This document shows positions 13,103-25,825 of a stretch of DNA of 64,000 nucleotides, in pieces. The stretch comes from Adineta vaga. Lineage: Eukaryota > Animalia > Rotifera. Positions within the stretch are counted from its first letter, which is position 1, and the number at the start of each line of letters is the position of its first letter. Position numbers and translations under genes: made by a program. The notes beneath the pieces are model-generated. The model did no database searches, had not been told where the DNA came from, and worked only from the letters and a program-made list of their open reading frames with translations. The DNA lies in NCBI GenBank assembly GCA_021613535.1, contig CP075493.1:12710001-12774000 (forward strand). Reading direction: 5' to 3'.

Positions 13103-14158
13103 TCATTCACCCACACCCACACCCACATCCACACTTGCACCATGTTGTGGCATGATTTGATTCGGTTTTACACGACACCAATCTTTCCACAATAGCCAAA
13201 TTTTCTTTCTTAGAATCTGTTTTACTTGACGACGATATCGTGGTGATATCCATATAAATAGATAAAAGCTGATCTAGAAGAGAAAAAGAACTTGTTGAAT
13301 TCGAGTAATTTCGACAAAAAAAGCGTTTACTCCGTAATGAATATATAACAAAGTGTTAACCACTGCTTGAACTAATCGACCGATGGCCGATTCTAAAGCA
13401 TTCACTTTATAATAGGTAGTATTAATCGCGTAGATTCGATAGGAACTAAATGGAATCACTAAAATGGCAAAAAACATAACTCGAACCAAAATCATGGCCG
13501 TAATTTGACGATCGAATCGACGACGCTCAATAGGAATTTGTCGGCGAACGATTCGACGAACATCTCGATATGCCAATAAACTAAATAACGAGGCAATTGC
13601 TATCGGAAAGAAACCAACTAGTCCAGGATAGAAGAAATAAGTTGAATAGTGAGTCCAGATTACACTCCATATCACGCATCCTGATGATGGCTGAATATCC
13701 AGATAGAAAGCAAAGAGAATACTATGAAGAAACCAAAAACTGATTAGTATCGCTACAATCCATTGAACTAGTTTGAATCTACAAAGTTGTCTGCGGGACA
13801 ATTGATAATTTATCGTACAATACTGATCAGCGGCAGCTACACATAACATGTTGAAGCCAAGAAGTGCTGTAAATTGCAGTGCAATATATCGAAATCGACA
13901 CCAGACTATGGACTTCGATGCTAAATCATTTTGATAAATGTACGTGGAAGTATTGAAGATCAGGCAGACAATTCGATTGAGAGAAAATGATATGGTTTCG
14001 ATGATAAAATAAAATATAACTCGTTGATCACGAAAACATTTGAGATTAAAGAAAATTAACAAATTTAATAGATTACCGATGATTCCAATCACGAACGTAA
14101 TACAATCACTATAGAAGCCGTATATCGGAATTACAGCTAAAATTGTTGATACCGCCAT
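13103..14158 (-). CDS. Orphan rhodopsin-like 7TM GPCR (2 exons)
   Basis: GIIGNLLNLLIF, WCRFRY, AADQY, RQITAMIL. Intron ~13274-13330; last exon ISFYLFIWISPRYRRQVK...GVGVGE*. Confidence 0.9.
13110..13133 (-). repeat. (TGTGGG)3 telomere-like tract inside the GPCR C-terminal coding sequence
   Basis: Plus strand CCCACA x3 + TCCACA; encodes VDVGVGVG. Confidence 0.7.
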
Positions 14159-15070
14159 TGATACGTTGGTGATATCCTTTATTTTTACACTTTTGTTTCT
14201 CTTATTTTATCTCGATTTACAAAGTGAAAGTAACTAGATAAAAGCGTTGAAGATAGCTCAGTAACTGTATATAGAATTCTACGTGTCAATTCTAACAGAA
14301 ATAAGGGTGGAAATTCAAGCATATCTTTATATTTTTTTTGTACATCACATATGCGTGATTTCTTTGAATGACTGAATATATCATGCTCAATTTATTTTGT
14401 ACAAAAACGCCGCCTTTGATAATACGATGTTTTATGAATGTAGACTGAGTTGATAAAGTCATGCCTGTTCTCATATTCACGCTATCGATAAAACACACAA
14501 TACCTAGGATATTTCTGAATAATTTAGTTCTTATTATACGGTTGAACTCCATTTGCTCATGCTCACAATATATTAAGTTATAGACTTAAATAAAGCGCAA
14601 ACCATTTCTATTATGAAAAATCAAACATAAATGAAATATATTCGGAATAAACAACAGTATGCCATTTCATTCTAAATAAAAGAGATTAAAAAAGTAATAG
14701 TATTATCATTATAAATTATGAAATATTAACCATTGACAGCGTTTATGGTATTTCACCGGCATGATTTAAACATATAAATGTATCAATTGAATATTCATTC
14801 ATATCTTGAAAGCAGGTGTAATATGGATGATGATAAAAACTGGATGTTTCACTCATATTCACATCCGCCAAAATTGTAAAAAATAAGAATTAACAAGTTG
14901 ATTGGTTTATGACATCTATACAAAGAAAGCGACATTTCCTTTATTGGTATTCTTTACGTCAATACGACGTCTATGAATCATATCTTACTATTTACAAACA
15001 TAGGAAAACGTATTCCAAACACACAAAAAAATCAAATAGTTTCGTCAGATTTATTTATTACATATTCATA

Positions 15071-16201
15071 ATGACTGAAAATAACATTGAAATTACCAAG
15101 AACAATATTCCATCTGTTATGGTAGCAGCTCAACAGATAACCTATGGAAATGTTCGCGATGTGTTGAAACTTGATGATAATGTTGTTGTTCCTCGAGAAT
15201 TAACGTCTAAACAAGTTCTTGTTCGTGTTTATGCTGCATCAATAAATCCGGCCGATTGTAAATTATTATATGGAGACGTGTCTCTGGTTATTCGATATTC
15301 ATTTCCTCATATTCCTGGTGGTGACATAGCTGGTATTGTTGTTGATGTTGGTTCAGCTGTCGAACGTTTTCGTATTGGTGATCATGTTTATGGAAATTTA
15401 GGAACTAATGGAGGAGGTTATGCAGAATATGCTCGCGCAAATGAATCAATGTTAGCTCTTAAACCAACGAATTTAACTATGGAAGAAGCTGCAGCTATTC
15501 CATTAGCTTGTGAAACAAGTTATGAAGCATTATTTCAAAGATGCTCATCACCTGTTGGAAAAGGAACGAAATTATTCATTTGTGGAGGTGGTTCAGCAAC
15601 GGGACTTTTTGCTATTCAATTAGCTAAAGCAGTTGGAGCATCTGTCGCTATCACATGTTCACAACGAAATCTTTTCTTAATTGAAAAATTAGGTTATGAA
15701 ATCATTCGAAATAAATCTGATTTCATCAATATCGACAATCAAATCTTAGTGATTGATTATAAAGAAAAAGATTTTGGTGAAGAATTACAAGGTGAGAATT
15801 ATGATATTGTATGTGATTGTGTTGGAGGACAACAAAATTGGATATCGACTCAACGAATTCTTAAACATGGTGGAGAATTTATTACTTTTGTTGGTGATGA
15901 TCCTAATCCTGTTCTTTCTTTAACATGGATAATTAATACGGCTGCAAATTTAATCAATCGAAAATTCTGGTCATATTTTGGTTCAGCACGTCATAATTAT
16001 ATTATGCATGCTCATAAACAAACACCGGAGAATCTCGAAGATATGCGAATCAACTATATTGAAAATGGAAAAGTTAAACCACTTATTGATAAAGTGTGTG
16101 ATTGGAGACAAGATGGAGCTGAAGCATTGTATTCTCTTTATGAAAGATCGAGAAGTGGAACAGCACAAGGAAAATTAATATTAAAACTCGCTGATGAATA
16201 A
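15071..16201 (+). CDS. MDR-family NAD(P)H quinone oxidoreductase-like protein (zinc-independent, RTN4IP1-like)
   Basis: VLVRVYAASINPAD, IPGGDIAGIV, GGYAEY, EEAAAIPLA, GGGSATG nucleotide-binding loop, C-terminal AQGKLIL. Likely start MTENN at 15071. Confidence 0.9.
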   Translation: MTENNIEITKNNIPSVMVAAQQITYGNVRDVLKLDDNVVVPRELTSKQVLVRVYAASINPADCKLLYGDVSLVIRYSFPHIPGGDIAGIVVDVGSAVERFRIGDHVYGNLGTNGGGYAEYARANESMLALKPTNLTMEEAAAIPLACETSYEALFQRCSSPVGKGTKLFICGGGSATGLFAIQLAKAVGASVAITCSQRNLFLIEKLGYEIIRNKSDFINIDNQILVIDYKEKDFGEELQGENYDIVCDCVGGQQNWISTQRILKHGGEFITFVGDDPNPVLSLTWIINTAANLINRKFWSYFGSARHNYIMHAHKQTPENLEDMRINYIENGKVKPLIDKVCDWRQDGAEALYSLYERSRSGTAQGKLILKLADE

Positions 16202-16294
16202 TATTAGATCTCTTTTCGCATATTCCTTTTTTTTTAAACTATTTTCTCAATAAAAAACATTTTTTTGACAAATGATAACATAGTAGGATGCAAC

Positions 16295-16362
16295 ATCTTG
16301 AGGATGTGGGTGAGTAGGTGTATGTGATAACGATATAGACATTCCCAACCATCCATCAAGAT
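16295..16362 (+). repeat. Imperfect hairpin element with GT-rich arm (family copy 2)
   Basis: ATCTTGAGGATGTGGGTGAG...CATCCATCAAGAT; arms match over 12 nt with one indel. Confidence 0.6.
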
Positions 16363-16694
16363 TTTAACCGAAGAAGATATCAAGATTAAAAAGTGGGAAA
16401 AATATGGACAAAATAATAATATTTACAAAACTAAGAATAAAACTGACTTTTTTGTAATAGATTTTTATTCCACATCAAGCATCAAAGAATACAGCATGGC
16501 AATTTTATATCTAGAAAAAGAAAATCGACACGCAATAGACAATAATCTCACTAAAGTGCACTTCTCTTTATCTTAGAACATTTTTTACAGTGAAGAATTC
16601 TTTCAAAGTATCGATAAATTTAATGTTCGAGAAAGTTCTTTTCCAATATTTTATAGAAACAAAACAAATTACGTGATACAAAGATTAGAATAAT

Positions 16695-17687
16695 TCATAT
16701 CATAACCGGAACTGCACCTGTAACAGCAGTAGGAACAATTCCTGGCAGAATACGATTCCAATGACATACTTTCCAAATAATAGTTTTCAATTGTGGTGTA
16801 AAAATAGCCATTGATAAACTCAAACCAATCATAGAAAAACTTATAAAAAACCATTCAACACGAGCAAAATATATATATTCGTTTCCTGTTATAAATAACA
16901 TAATAAAAAGAATCGTACGTGGTATTTGAAGAATGATTAAAAATGTCACCGTTATAAAGATACGTCGAATAACAATAATATCACGTTGTTGACGTTGACG
17001 AACTATTAATGTTTGAGTATTCATTTGTCGATAAAGAAATCTTCCAATACGTATATAAGTTATTAATAAACATAGAAGAGGACTTCCATATCCTATTGAT
17101 AATAACCAAATAGTTCCACGAATATTTCCATTTCGTATATTACAATAATATTCCGTTGGTAGATAAACGATATCATGCCATATAAGAATTGGACAAAATA
17201 AAATGCAAAGAATAAGAAATTCAATAGGCGGAATAATGATGTACAACCAAGAATATTGTAACCATCGAATTGTTGAATATACAATACGAGCAAGACGAAA
17301 AAATGCCTAAAAAATTATATATATACATACATTATATGATTTAGTATGTCTCGTATTTACTTGATTTGTAAAACTCCAATAAATTGTGCTGAGAAAAACA
17401 GCGACAAAATATCCCAAGACTATACACCACCATGAATTAAAATCTTTTGTATATAATTCTCCCACTATTGCTTGAATATTAAATGAGATTAATATGATTG
17501 TATAGAAGAAAATCAAAGCATAGATATTAGCAGAAAGAATAATAGTGACTTTATCATCTTTTTTCAATCGTTTCTGACAAAGATTATATAAAGTCACGAT
17601 TAATATAATCAATGAAATTAAACATGTGATTATATTAAGACTAATTGTTATAAAATTAAGAGCGATTCCAACGTTATTAGTAACCAT
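16695..17687 (-). CDS. Orphan 7TM GPCR (2 exons)
   Basis: Intron 17307-17360 joins ...WCIVLGYF...FTNQ to AFFRLARIVY...; YLPTEYYC, QQRDIIVIRRI, FTPQLK. Confidence 0.88.
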
Positions 17688-18399
17688 TTCAAAAGATGTT
17701 ATCGTAAGATAATACTACGAAGCTTTATATAGGAAGAAAATTTTAATTATTTATTTGAGCATTTTTTCGCGAATATTCTCGAAAAGAAACAAATATTTGA
17801 AATAGGCACATCACGAACAATTCATTAATCTATATCTTTTTTGTAGAGAGATGTTCTGAAGTCACGATCTTTGACTCATTAAATTTAAAGATATTTCTCT
17901 CTTCTCGTCTGTTATGTTTCTTAAAAAGTCACGTTCGTTATTAGTTAGAGATTCTTTTCTGACTAATACAGAAAACAATTTCAGCTATTCTATTTCTATA
18001 TTTTGTCAACGACACGAGTACTCCTATTACCATATAATCATATTCTTGTGTCCATCGAACAGTTACTTATGTAAAGAATTTGACTATGGAATTGTTTTTT
18101 AATAATGATTATCAGTGATTAAAAAGAGGTTCATTTCTACTTAGTTGAGCATACAATTAAAATACAAACTTAAGTTTTATAACCGAAATATTGGAAGTTC
18201 ATAATTTATACATAAAAAAGAGAATATTCGAACATACCATAGATTTCTTGAGTACATATTTTGTCTTTATCTTTTTTAATTTTTATCTTTAGTATGAGCA
18301 ATCAGAAAACTCATTTACGATTTCTTTTTATATCTTTGTTGTGATGATAGCTATAATATATTTTATTTAGAATACTGTACAAAGCTAAAGGATCTTTAA

Positions 18400-18752
18400 A
18401 TGCCGACAAGATATCAGTCGGAGCATTCATTGAAAGCGAAAAATATTGAACGAACTACCGTCTTAAAAGTCGCTAAATGTTTTGCTAATATTGAAGATCC
18501 TTTTGTTGGATTTGAGTGTGAAGATAAGGGTGGTAAATATTTGCAATTACGGGCACATTAATATGATAATCAATGAAAACGAGAAACATGAATATATGGA
18601 CAAAACTTATGAATGGTACAAAAAGATTATAAACAATAATTAACGGAGGTATTTACTATGATGGTCCGCGAAACAAAGAGAATGTGTGGCAGACTGAGGA
18701 TCAAGAGAAGAATTCTAAATTTATTGTGGACATGGAGAAATACATGCATTAA
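18400..18752 (+). pseudogene. Degraded coding relic of unknown family
   Basis: Protein-like pieces in shifting frames (MPTRYQSEHSLKAKNIERTTVLKVAKCFANIEDPFVGFECEDKGG; YEWYKKII; YYDGPRNKENVWQTEDQ), interrupted by stops. Confidence 0.3.
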
Positions 18753-19344
18753 TTCATATAACTTGAAAAGACTATGTTTTATTTCTCAACTTTACTGTCC
18801 TTCTTATAATCAATCCTCAAAGATTCGTTGATCGATCATCTTCTATTGATATAATCCGATTGAAATCCTTCTTTTTTCCTTTCATTTTCGTGTAACTCTT
18901 TTACGTTAGTCCTATATTTCATTATTTGCAAACAGCTATTCTTCATCGATAAAGAATTAAGTTAAAAATATAAATCAATGTTCTTAATCACCTTTTTGCA
19001 TGAATGTGAGTGTCTATGAAATGAATAGAAATTTCATTCGCTTTTAGAATTCGCAATTGCATCGAAACAATTACCATCATAATTAGATTTATTCGTGCTA
19101 AAAACCAAGACATATTGTTTACGTTGATCAAGAACATACAGTTTACATGACGTGTACTGCGCAATTCCTGAAATTTCTACGTTATTTTCTAGTAATTGTA
19201 ACCAATGCATTCTCTTTGTCATGCATGAAAAATCGAATGTATAAAAGGTAAATGATAGATGCATGACACAAATCAAACACTATACAGCAATACAACGAAT
19301 ACACTGCGACAACAAAAAACAACGTCGTTGCCTTCCCATCCGAA

Positions 19345-20610
19345 ATGAATCGATCCGAAAGATTGGAAATTACTCGTTTCTTTCAAGAATTTGATCAAAA
19401 CAAAATTGGTTACATTAGCAAAGATGAACTAAAAGAATGTTTGATGAAAGCAAATACAAAGCTAATAAATGTAATACTTAAAACTTTGTTAAACCAAATA
19501 AAACAAGATAAAGATGGACAAGTGTCTCTCCCTGAATATACAAAGCTTATGGAAAAGATCAATTCTGACGAACACAAAATCATCACCAATGAACAATATA
19601 GTCTTCTTAATAGCATTCTGCAAAAACAACATGCGCGCGAGAGAGAAGCACAAGCAAAAATAGATTATGTACTTACGAATGATACTCCAAGTCGAAAAGA
19701 TTGTTTTAGTAATAGTTTGACAAAAGAACATGTTGACAGTATCTATGAATTTATAAAGAATCATCCTCTCTACCATTGGCATCAAGCACTTGGTTATGGA
19801 ATTTGTGTTTATCGTGCGGTACTCATGCGTGCGATGGCTGAAACAATGTGTTCTCTAATGCCTAAAGCATCTGGAGCGTTGGCTTTTATAAATTTTCAGG
19901 GACTTGACAAATCTTCCAAATCATCCCGTAAGATGAATAGACGTGGCTATTATGCTTCACAGTATAGACCCTTTTACATGAATACATCTAATGGTTTTCG
20001 CATTCCACTTAGAGGCAATATGCTTTCTTTGCTGAATTCCATAAGAATACCGCATGTAGCATTGTGTGCGAATGTGAAAGGTATAGGACCGATGGTTATC
20101 GATCCAGCATATACATATGATTCTATCTCAGACGGCCCACTCAGCATAAAAGAGTGGATTAAGCAACTAATCGAGCAGGATACTATCAACGAACGTATTG
20201 AGCACGGATATGTATCAATTCAGCCCGAATGGTCTCCTTGGACAATGAGTCATTTGTATCTATTAACAAACGGTGAAGCGTTACTGGATCCTAACACCTT
20301 TATGAGTGTGCCCACTTTGGAACACGTTATTAATGTCTTAACTATGTATCGTTTGATGGTTACAGAAAATCAACCTCCAACAAACTACTTACCAAGCCCA
20401 GAAGAAGTAAATGCTTATTTCCGAGCATTCATCAAGAAATGTGATGCAAAAGAAGAATTTATAACTTATATGGATAATGTTGCAAAATATGTAGAAAATC
20501 TTGGAGATCACTTTCCTCCACCAGGTCCAGCGCCTCTTCTTTCACCACCAGATCCAGTTTATTTCACTCTGAGTGAGGGTGATGTTATGATAACTCATTC
20601 CTTCACTTAG
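19345..20610 (+). CDS. EF-hand pair fused to a protein-glutaminase-like (papain-fold Cys-His-Asp) domain
   Basis: EF loops DQNKIGYISKDE and KQDKDGQVSLPE; GIC154VYRAVLM, PH237VA, VID253P...GPLSIKEW; single exon, 421 aa. Confidence 0.75.
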   Translation: MNRSERLEITRFFQEFDQNKIGYISKDELKECLMKANTKLINVILKTLLNQIKQDKDGQVSLPEYTKLMEKINSDEHKIITNEQYSLLNSILQKQHAREREAQAKIDYVLTNDTPSRKDCFSNSLTKEHVDSIYEFIKNHPLYHWHQALGYGICVYRAVLMRAMAETMCSLMPKASGALAFINFQGLDKSSKSSRKMNRRGYYASQYRPFYMNTSNGFRIPLRGNMLSLLNSIRIPHVALCANVKGIGPMVIDPAYTYDSISDGPLSIKEWIKQLIEQDTINERIEHGYVSIQPEWSPWTMSHLYLLTNGEALLDPNTFMSVPTLEHVINVLTMYRLMVTENQPPTNYLPSPEEVNAYFRAFIKKCDAKEEFITYMDNVAKYVENLGDHFPPPGPAPLLSPPDPVYFTLSEGDVMITHSFT

Positions 20611-21487
20611 TCTCATCGTTCTCCTCATTTTAGCTTCAATTCTTCAGAGAACCCTATTTTTTGAAAACAAACGAAGTTGATTTTTTTTACATAGGAAGAT
20701 GCATCAAACTCTTCTCTTTCCATAACACATGTAGGTTTTTCGTTAAACAACTAAATTTATTCGAAAAAACTTGGATTCTACTAGCATGATTTTTCACAGT
20801 TTTCAGAAAATTTGAGTTTTAATAATCAGAATAGAAATTGCATATTTAAACTTTATCCTTAGCATTGGACCGATAAATATACGATTTTAATGAGTCTAGT
20901 TTTTAAGCATTAAAACAAACATTTAATACTAATTTCTATAGAGTAAAATACATGAATGCTATGATGGCACCATTATTGAGAGATAATGGACGTATTGTTG
21001 ATGTTAGTATTAGGTTCAGATCAATAATATTAAATAACTGTTTGCAAGACTTAAAAATAAAACTATTCGATCCAAACATAAAAGAAACTCAATTAGAACA
21101 AATATTTTTCTAGATCTGGTTTCTTTTTTCTATTACTATATGCAATGATCTAAAATAAATCAGTTAATAGATACAAAACATAAACTTTATATTATTTACT
21201 TTTAATGCAATGGAGAAAAGATTGAACATGATACATAAACATTCATCAGCCTTCAAAAGATTCGTTTGATCGACTTTATTGAGTAAATCAATTGCTTACA
21301 AGATATCCATGACCATATTAAATTGAATTTCTTTCGTTCATTTCTGTTCAATCAAACTGCCCTTTTTAGGTGTGCATGCTTTTTCTTTGTTATTGATGCT
21401 CGTACAGAGCCGTTATAAATTTATTTGCACCGTTCTTATTCACGAATACAGACAACAAAAAAATATTTTAATTATATAAAAAAAATA

Positions 21488-23329
21488 TTAGATCTTCCAA
21501 CCACCAGTTAAATACATGACATTTTCTGGATCCCAAGTTTTTCGAATATTTTGTAATCTTGGCAGATTCTTCCCATAAATCAACGATACAGGCGTTGTTT
21601 CTAAAGCAAAATTCGGATAGATAATTTGTTCGGTAGCATTATTATATTGTCCATCTGCGATCATCGTTTTTAATAATGTATCAGCAATTGATTGTGTTGC
21701 ATTCATAAAAATCGAATCATCAGATGTTAAATTCCATTTTGAAATTACGCAGATAGGAAACGTTCCATTGGAAGAAATACGCGGATTGAAGGCACCTTCA
21801 ACTGAATGTTCTAGATGTTTCGAACTTTGTAGAAGAACAAGAATGGATATATCGCCATCATGTTTTGATGCTAATTCAGTATAATAATCCATGACCTGAT
21901 TGCCAATTGTCTTGAGTAGCTGAGTACTGAGTTCCTTCGACAAAACCGAATGATAGCGACCACTATAATAATACAAAAAAATCATGACTCGTTGATTTTC
22001 AAACAACATTAACAATTCTATCACTTTACCGTATATTATCGCTAAATGATCTACTCCAGAACTCCATCATTCGTCTGGTATTCAATTGCCAATATGATCA
22101 ATATCAACAAATTCCTTGTAAATATGTTCTGGTGCGCTTGGTCCATCATAAATAGCTGATAAACGTATAGTTAATACACCAGATTCAATATAGAATACTA
22201 ATTCAATTTGTGCTCTTGCATCTTGATTATTCTTTTGAAAATTAACTGCTGCATTAATGAATCGATCAAATTTTGTTGAGTTATCAATAGAATAAGTAAG
22301 AATACCACCATAGATTTGTCTTTGAGGTACCACATGCATTTTGAAATTAGTGACAATACCAAAATTATTGTATCCACCTTTCAAACCAAAGAATATGTCT
22401 GGATAAGAATTTTTGTTTACGTGTACAATCGTCCCACTTGGAGTTACTAACTAAATATATAACAAAGAATATCGAATCGAATACAATTCTTTGTAAAATA
22501 CAATATTTTACTTCGTATTCAATAACACTATCCATTGTCAGACCATACTGATTCGTTTTCCAACCATAACCACCACCGAGAGTAACACCAGCAACACCAG
22601 CTGTACCTTCACGTCCACCATTGACAGTAACATTGTAAGGCTCAAGAAACTTGTATACCTCAAGCCAAACAAGTCCTGCTCCTAAACGTACCGTTTGTTC
22701 TTGAGAATCGAAAGTGATTGAATTCAAACGTCTCATAACAATATGAATGCCTGTTGTTGAACTGAAATTTGGATTAGTTGCGTGACCACCTCCCTTGATA
22801 CCAAATGGAACTCGTCGTTCTCGAATAAGTTGCATCTATTTTCGGAAAAATTGTATTTCAACTCCAGCTAACGAACATCAATGATACTTACAATAATCGC
22901 AACATCAGCACTTATACCCGGTTCTACACTGCATACGGATAGAGCACTCGAAGACCATGTATGATGATGAATACCTTGAAAATATCTTTCATCTGATGGA
23001 AAGAACACTTCCGAAGCACGACTGATTCTATCTTGAATTGTGAGACATGTAGATAAAGTCAACAGATGCTCATCTACAATCAAATAACATTTTTGTTTTC
23101 ATTTTCACCATTAAGACTTATGTTTGAAAATTAATTCATTGATAAATATTACTTACAAGAATAATCTGTCCTGACATTTGAAATTGTTCGTCCAGAAATC
23201 TCTAAAATAGTCGAGATGTTATCGCCGAACGGTTTCTCAGACGATATATTTACTGTTATTTCCAATAAATAACAATAGAACACAAACCAGTTGACCAATT
23301 GCACCCGTCAGTTCACTAGAATATTTCAT
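21488..23329 (-). CDS. Secreted FAD-linked oxidase (berberine-bridge-enzyme/VAO family, fungal-like); one 1-bp frameshift near 22083
   Basis: PFGIKGGGH (covalent FAD His), GVAGVTLGGG, GLKGGYNNFGIVT, YPNFA and YGKNLPRLQNIRKTWDPENVM (BBE tail); six predicted exons with a signal-like N-terminus. Confidence 0.85.
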
Positions 23330-23747
23330 TTGAAAGAATGTTTCTCACAAGGAGAGATTGATATTTATTTACAATAGAAAAAAAGAGAAATAGAGCGGTC
23401 AACCGTTATCAGTCCAAAAAGAAAAGGACGAACTGGACGAATATCGGAGAGAAAAAAGTCGAAACATAACGTATGGACTGAGAAGAAAAAGGTTTGCTAA
23501 TCTATAACATCGAAATCAGTAGGAATCTTGAGAATAAGACTGAAGAAGAGATACCTTCATAGTCTCTTAGAAACGAGTAATTACAGTTTATTTATTTTTC
23601 GTGCTGTTTTTTTTGTATACACACTATCAAGTAACAATAATACGTGTGTTGATAGAATAAAAAGAAGATATAGATAGGAGTGGTAAGCAAGTTTATTCTT
23701 CTCAGTTTTACTTTATCTCAATTTCAATTATCAAACTATAGAACAGA

Positions 23748-25405
23748 ATGACTACTTATTTTACATACGTTCTTATTTTCATTATTTCTGTCCTCCACTA
23801 TTCTTTCGTAACTTCAGCATCTGTTTATGTGACATATATTCTATCTTATGAAAATACTGAATCAACAAATATCAATATACAAATTCAATTTACAAATGAT
23901 CGAAATACTGAACTTCAGTTACGAGGACCACAAATCTTTATCATGCCACGTGCTATTCCGTCTGGTTATAATTTACAATTTTATGATTTATACGTCGAGA
24001 ATTTAATTGCTAAAACTACGGATGAATCTATAGTTCCTATTAAGAAAGACAGTACAGGTGGTCCACGATGGATATTAGAATGTACAGCAAATCAAACATT
24101 ATCGAATATCTCTTATTCAATCAATTTAACCAAACATGAAAAAGGAATTTTAAGTGGTGGCGATTCATCAAAAATACGTCTACATCAGTATATAAGTATT
24201 CTCGGTTATTCTGTTTTTGGTTATCTCGAACAAATGGATAATAAGGAAGATTTTCCAATCATGTTAATCATTCATAGACCATCTGATTGGCCTATACATT
24301 GTACATTAGTATCTGGTGTTGCTAAAAATTATTATCATCTAGCTGATTCTCAAATCTATATGGGACCGAATTTAATCTATAAATATGCATCGATTCCTTT
24401 TGATCAATCAAATATTCAAATCGATAATAAACTTACATTCAAACAAGAACAAAACAAAACAACATTATCATTTTATGTTATTATCTATACGGAAGATGTG
24501 GAGAATCTGAATACTGATATGGTTTTTAATTTAAGTGTACAAGCAATGAGAAATCTATTAATCTATTATGATACTAAGAATAATAATACTTGTCCATTTT
24601 TATTCTATACAGTTGGAATAGAAATGATTACACCATTGGATGACTCACATACGTATGGATTTAGTATGGAACATTTATATAGTTGTACAATAGATATTCA
24701 GTATGGTACAGGAATAAATAAAAATAGTACACAAGATAATATAACTCGATTTCAATACAATCTCGCACATCATATTCAACATGCATGGATACCAAAACGA
24801 TTATTTTCAACTTATTATTATCCATTTACTTTTGAATTACCACCAGTAATTGATACAATCTGGTTTAATGAAGTAAGAATATAGGTATATACTATATATA
24901 ATAAGAAACTTTATAATTCTATGATACAAAGGGATTTGGACAATACCTAGCAATGGATGCAATGGCTAATGTTTTACCATCAAATGAATCTGAACAATAT
25001 CGTGACTATCTAATGAAAAATCGTTTTGAATACTTTTATCATTTAGCACCATTATTCATCCAACAAATGCCATTGAAATATTTATCTACGATTGCATCAT
25101 CTTTTTATGCAATTGATTTTCGAACAGGTAGTCATTTATTTGCACGTGGTGCATTAATGGCTAGAGATATCGATGATTGGATACAATCAAAAACTCAAAA
25201 ACAAAAGTAAATGATTCGTAGCTCACATGCATTCAAAAACTTTCATATTTATCATCATAGAAGTCTTCGTGATGGTATTGTTTATATGATCAAATGGTCG
25301 GAATGCAATTCATACAAAGTTGCATTTACAATGGAACAATTTCCGATGTTTTTTCTTAATGCTACTGATATTGATATTACTCCAGTTTTAAATAAATGGT
25401 TATAA
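23748..25405 (+). CDS. Secreted M61 glycyl-aminopeptidase-like metallopeptidase with HHxxH motif (3 exons)
   Basis: Signal peptide; MPRAIPSGY, NYYHLADS, FSMEHLYS, LAHHIQHAWIPKRL, WFNE|GFGQY across intron 24873-24931; second intron near 25207-25260. Confidence 0.8.
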
Positions 25406-25474
25406 TTAAGACTAATATTTTTACGCTTTATTTCTCTACTTCATCAACATCCATATCTATTCTCGTAGTATATT

Positions 25475-25524
25475 TGAGGGGTGGGTGTGGGTGTGATAAA
25501 TTCACTGTATCCCTACACCCCTCA
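25475..25524 (+). repeat. Imperfect hairpin element with GT-rich arm (family copy 3)
   Basis: TGAGGGGTG...CACCCCTCA perfect 9-bp inverted repeat enclosing GGTGTGGGTGTGATAAA. Confidence 0.6.
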
Positions 25525-25825
25525 TCTATGAATGTATTATCCATACTCTTACTCTCTATATGCGAATACTTGTTTATAACAAATGTAATTCAGAAAGAAT
25601 TAACAGTTTCTTTACACTATGACACAAGTTGATCATTTTGAGTATGCGTTTGATATCGATGAAAAAGATTAGATGATAATACTAATATGACAAACAAAAA
25701 AAAAACTTAATGCTATTCTTTTTTTTTCGTTCTTGATGCGCAAATAGTGAGAGTAAAGTACAATAAAAAAAAACAACAACATATAAAAATCCTAAGATAA
25801 GGTCATTTGTAAAATTCGATGTTCT

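Noticed and set aside
14909-15070. 54-aa N-terminal extension of the MDR ORF
   Set aside because: Composition looks like non-coding AT-rich sequence; recognisable homology starts after MTENN.
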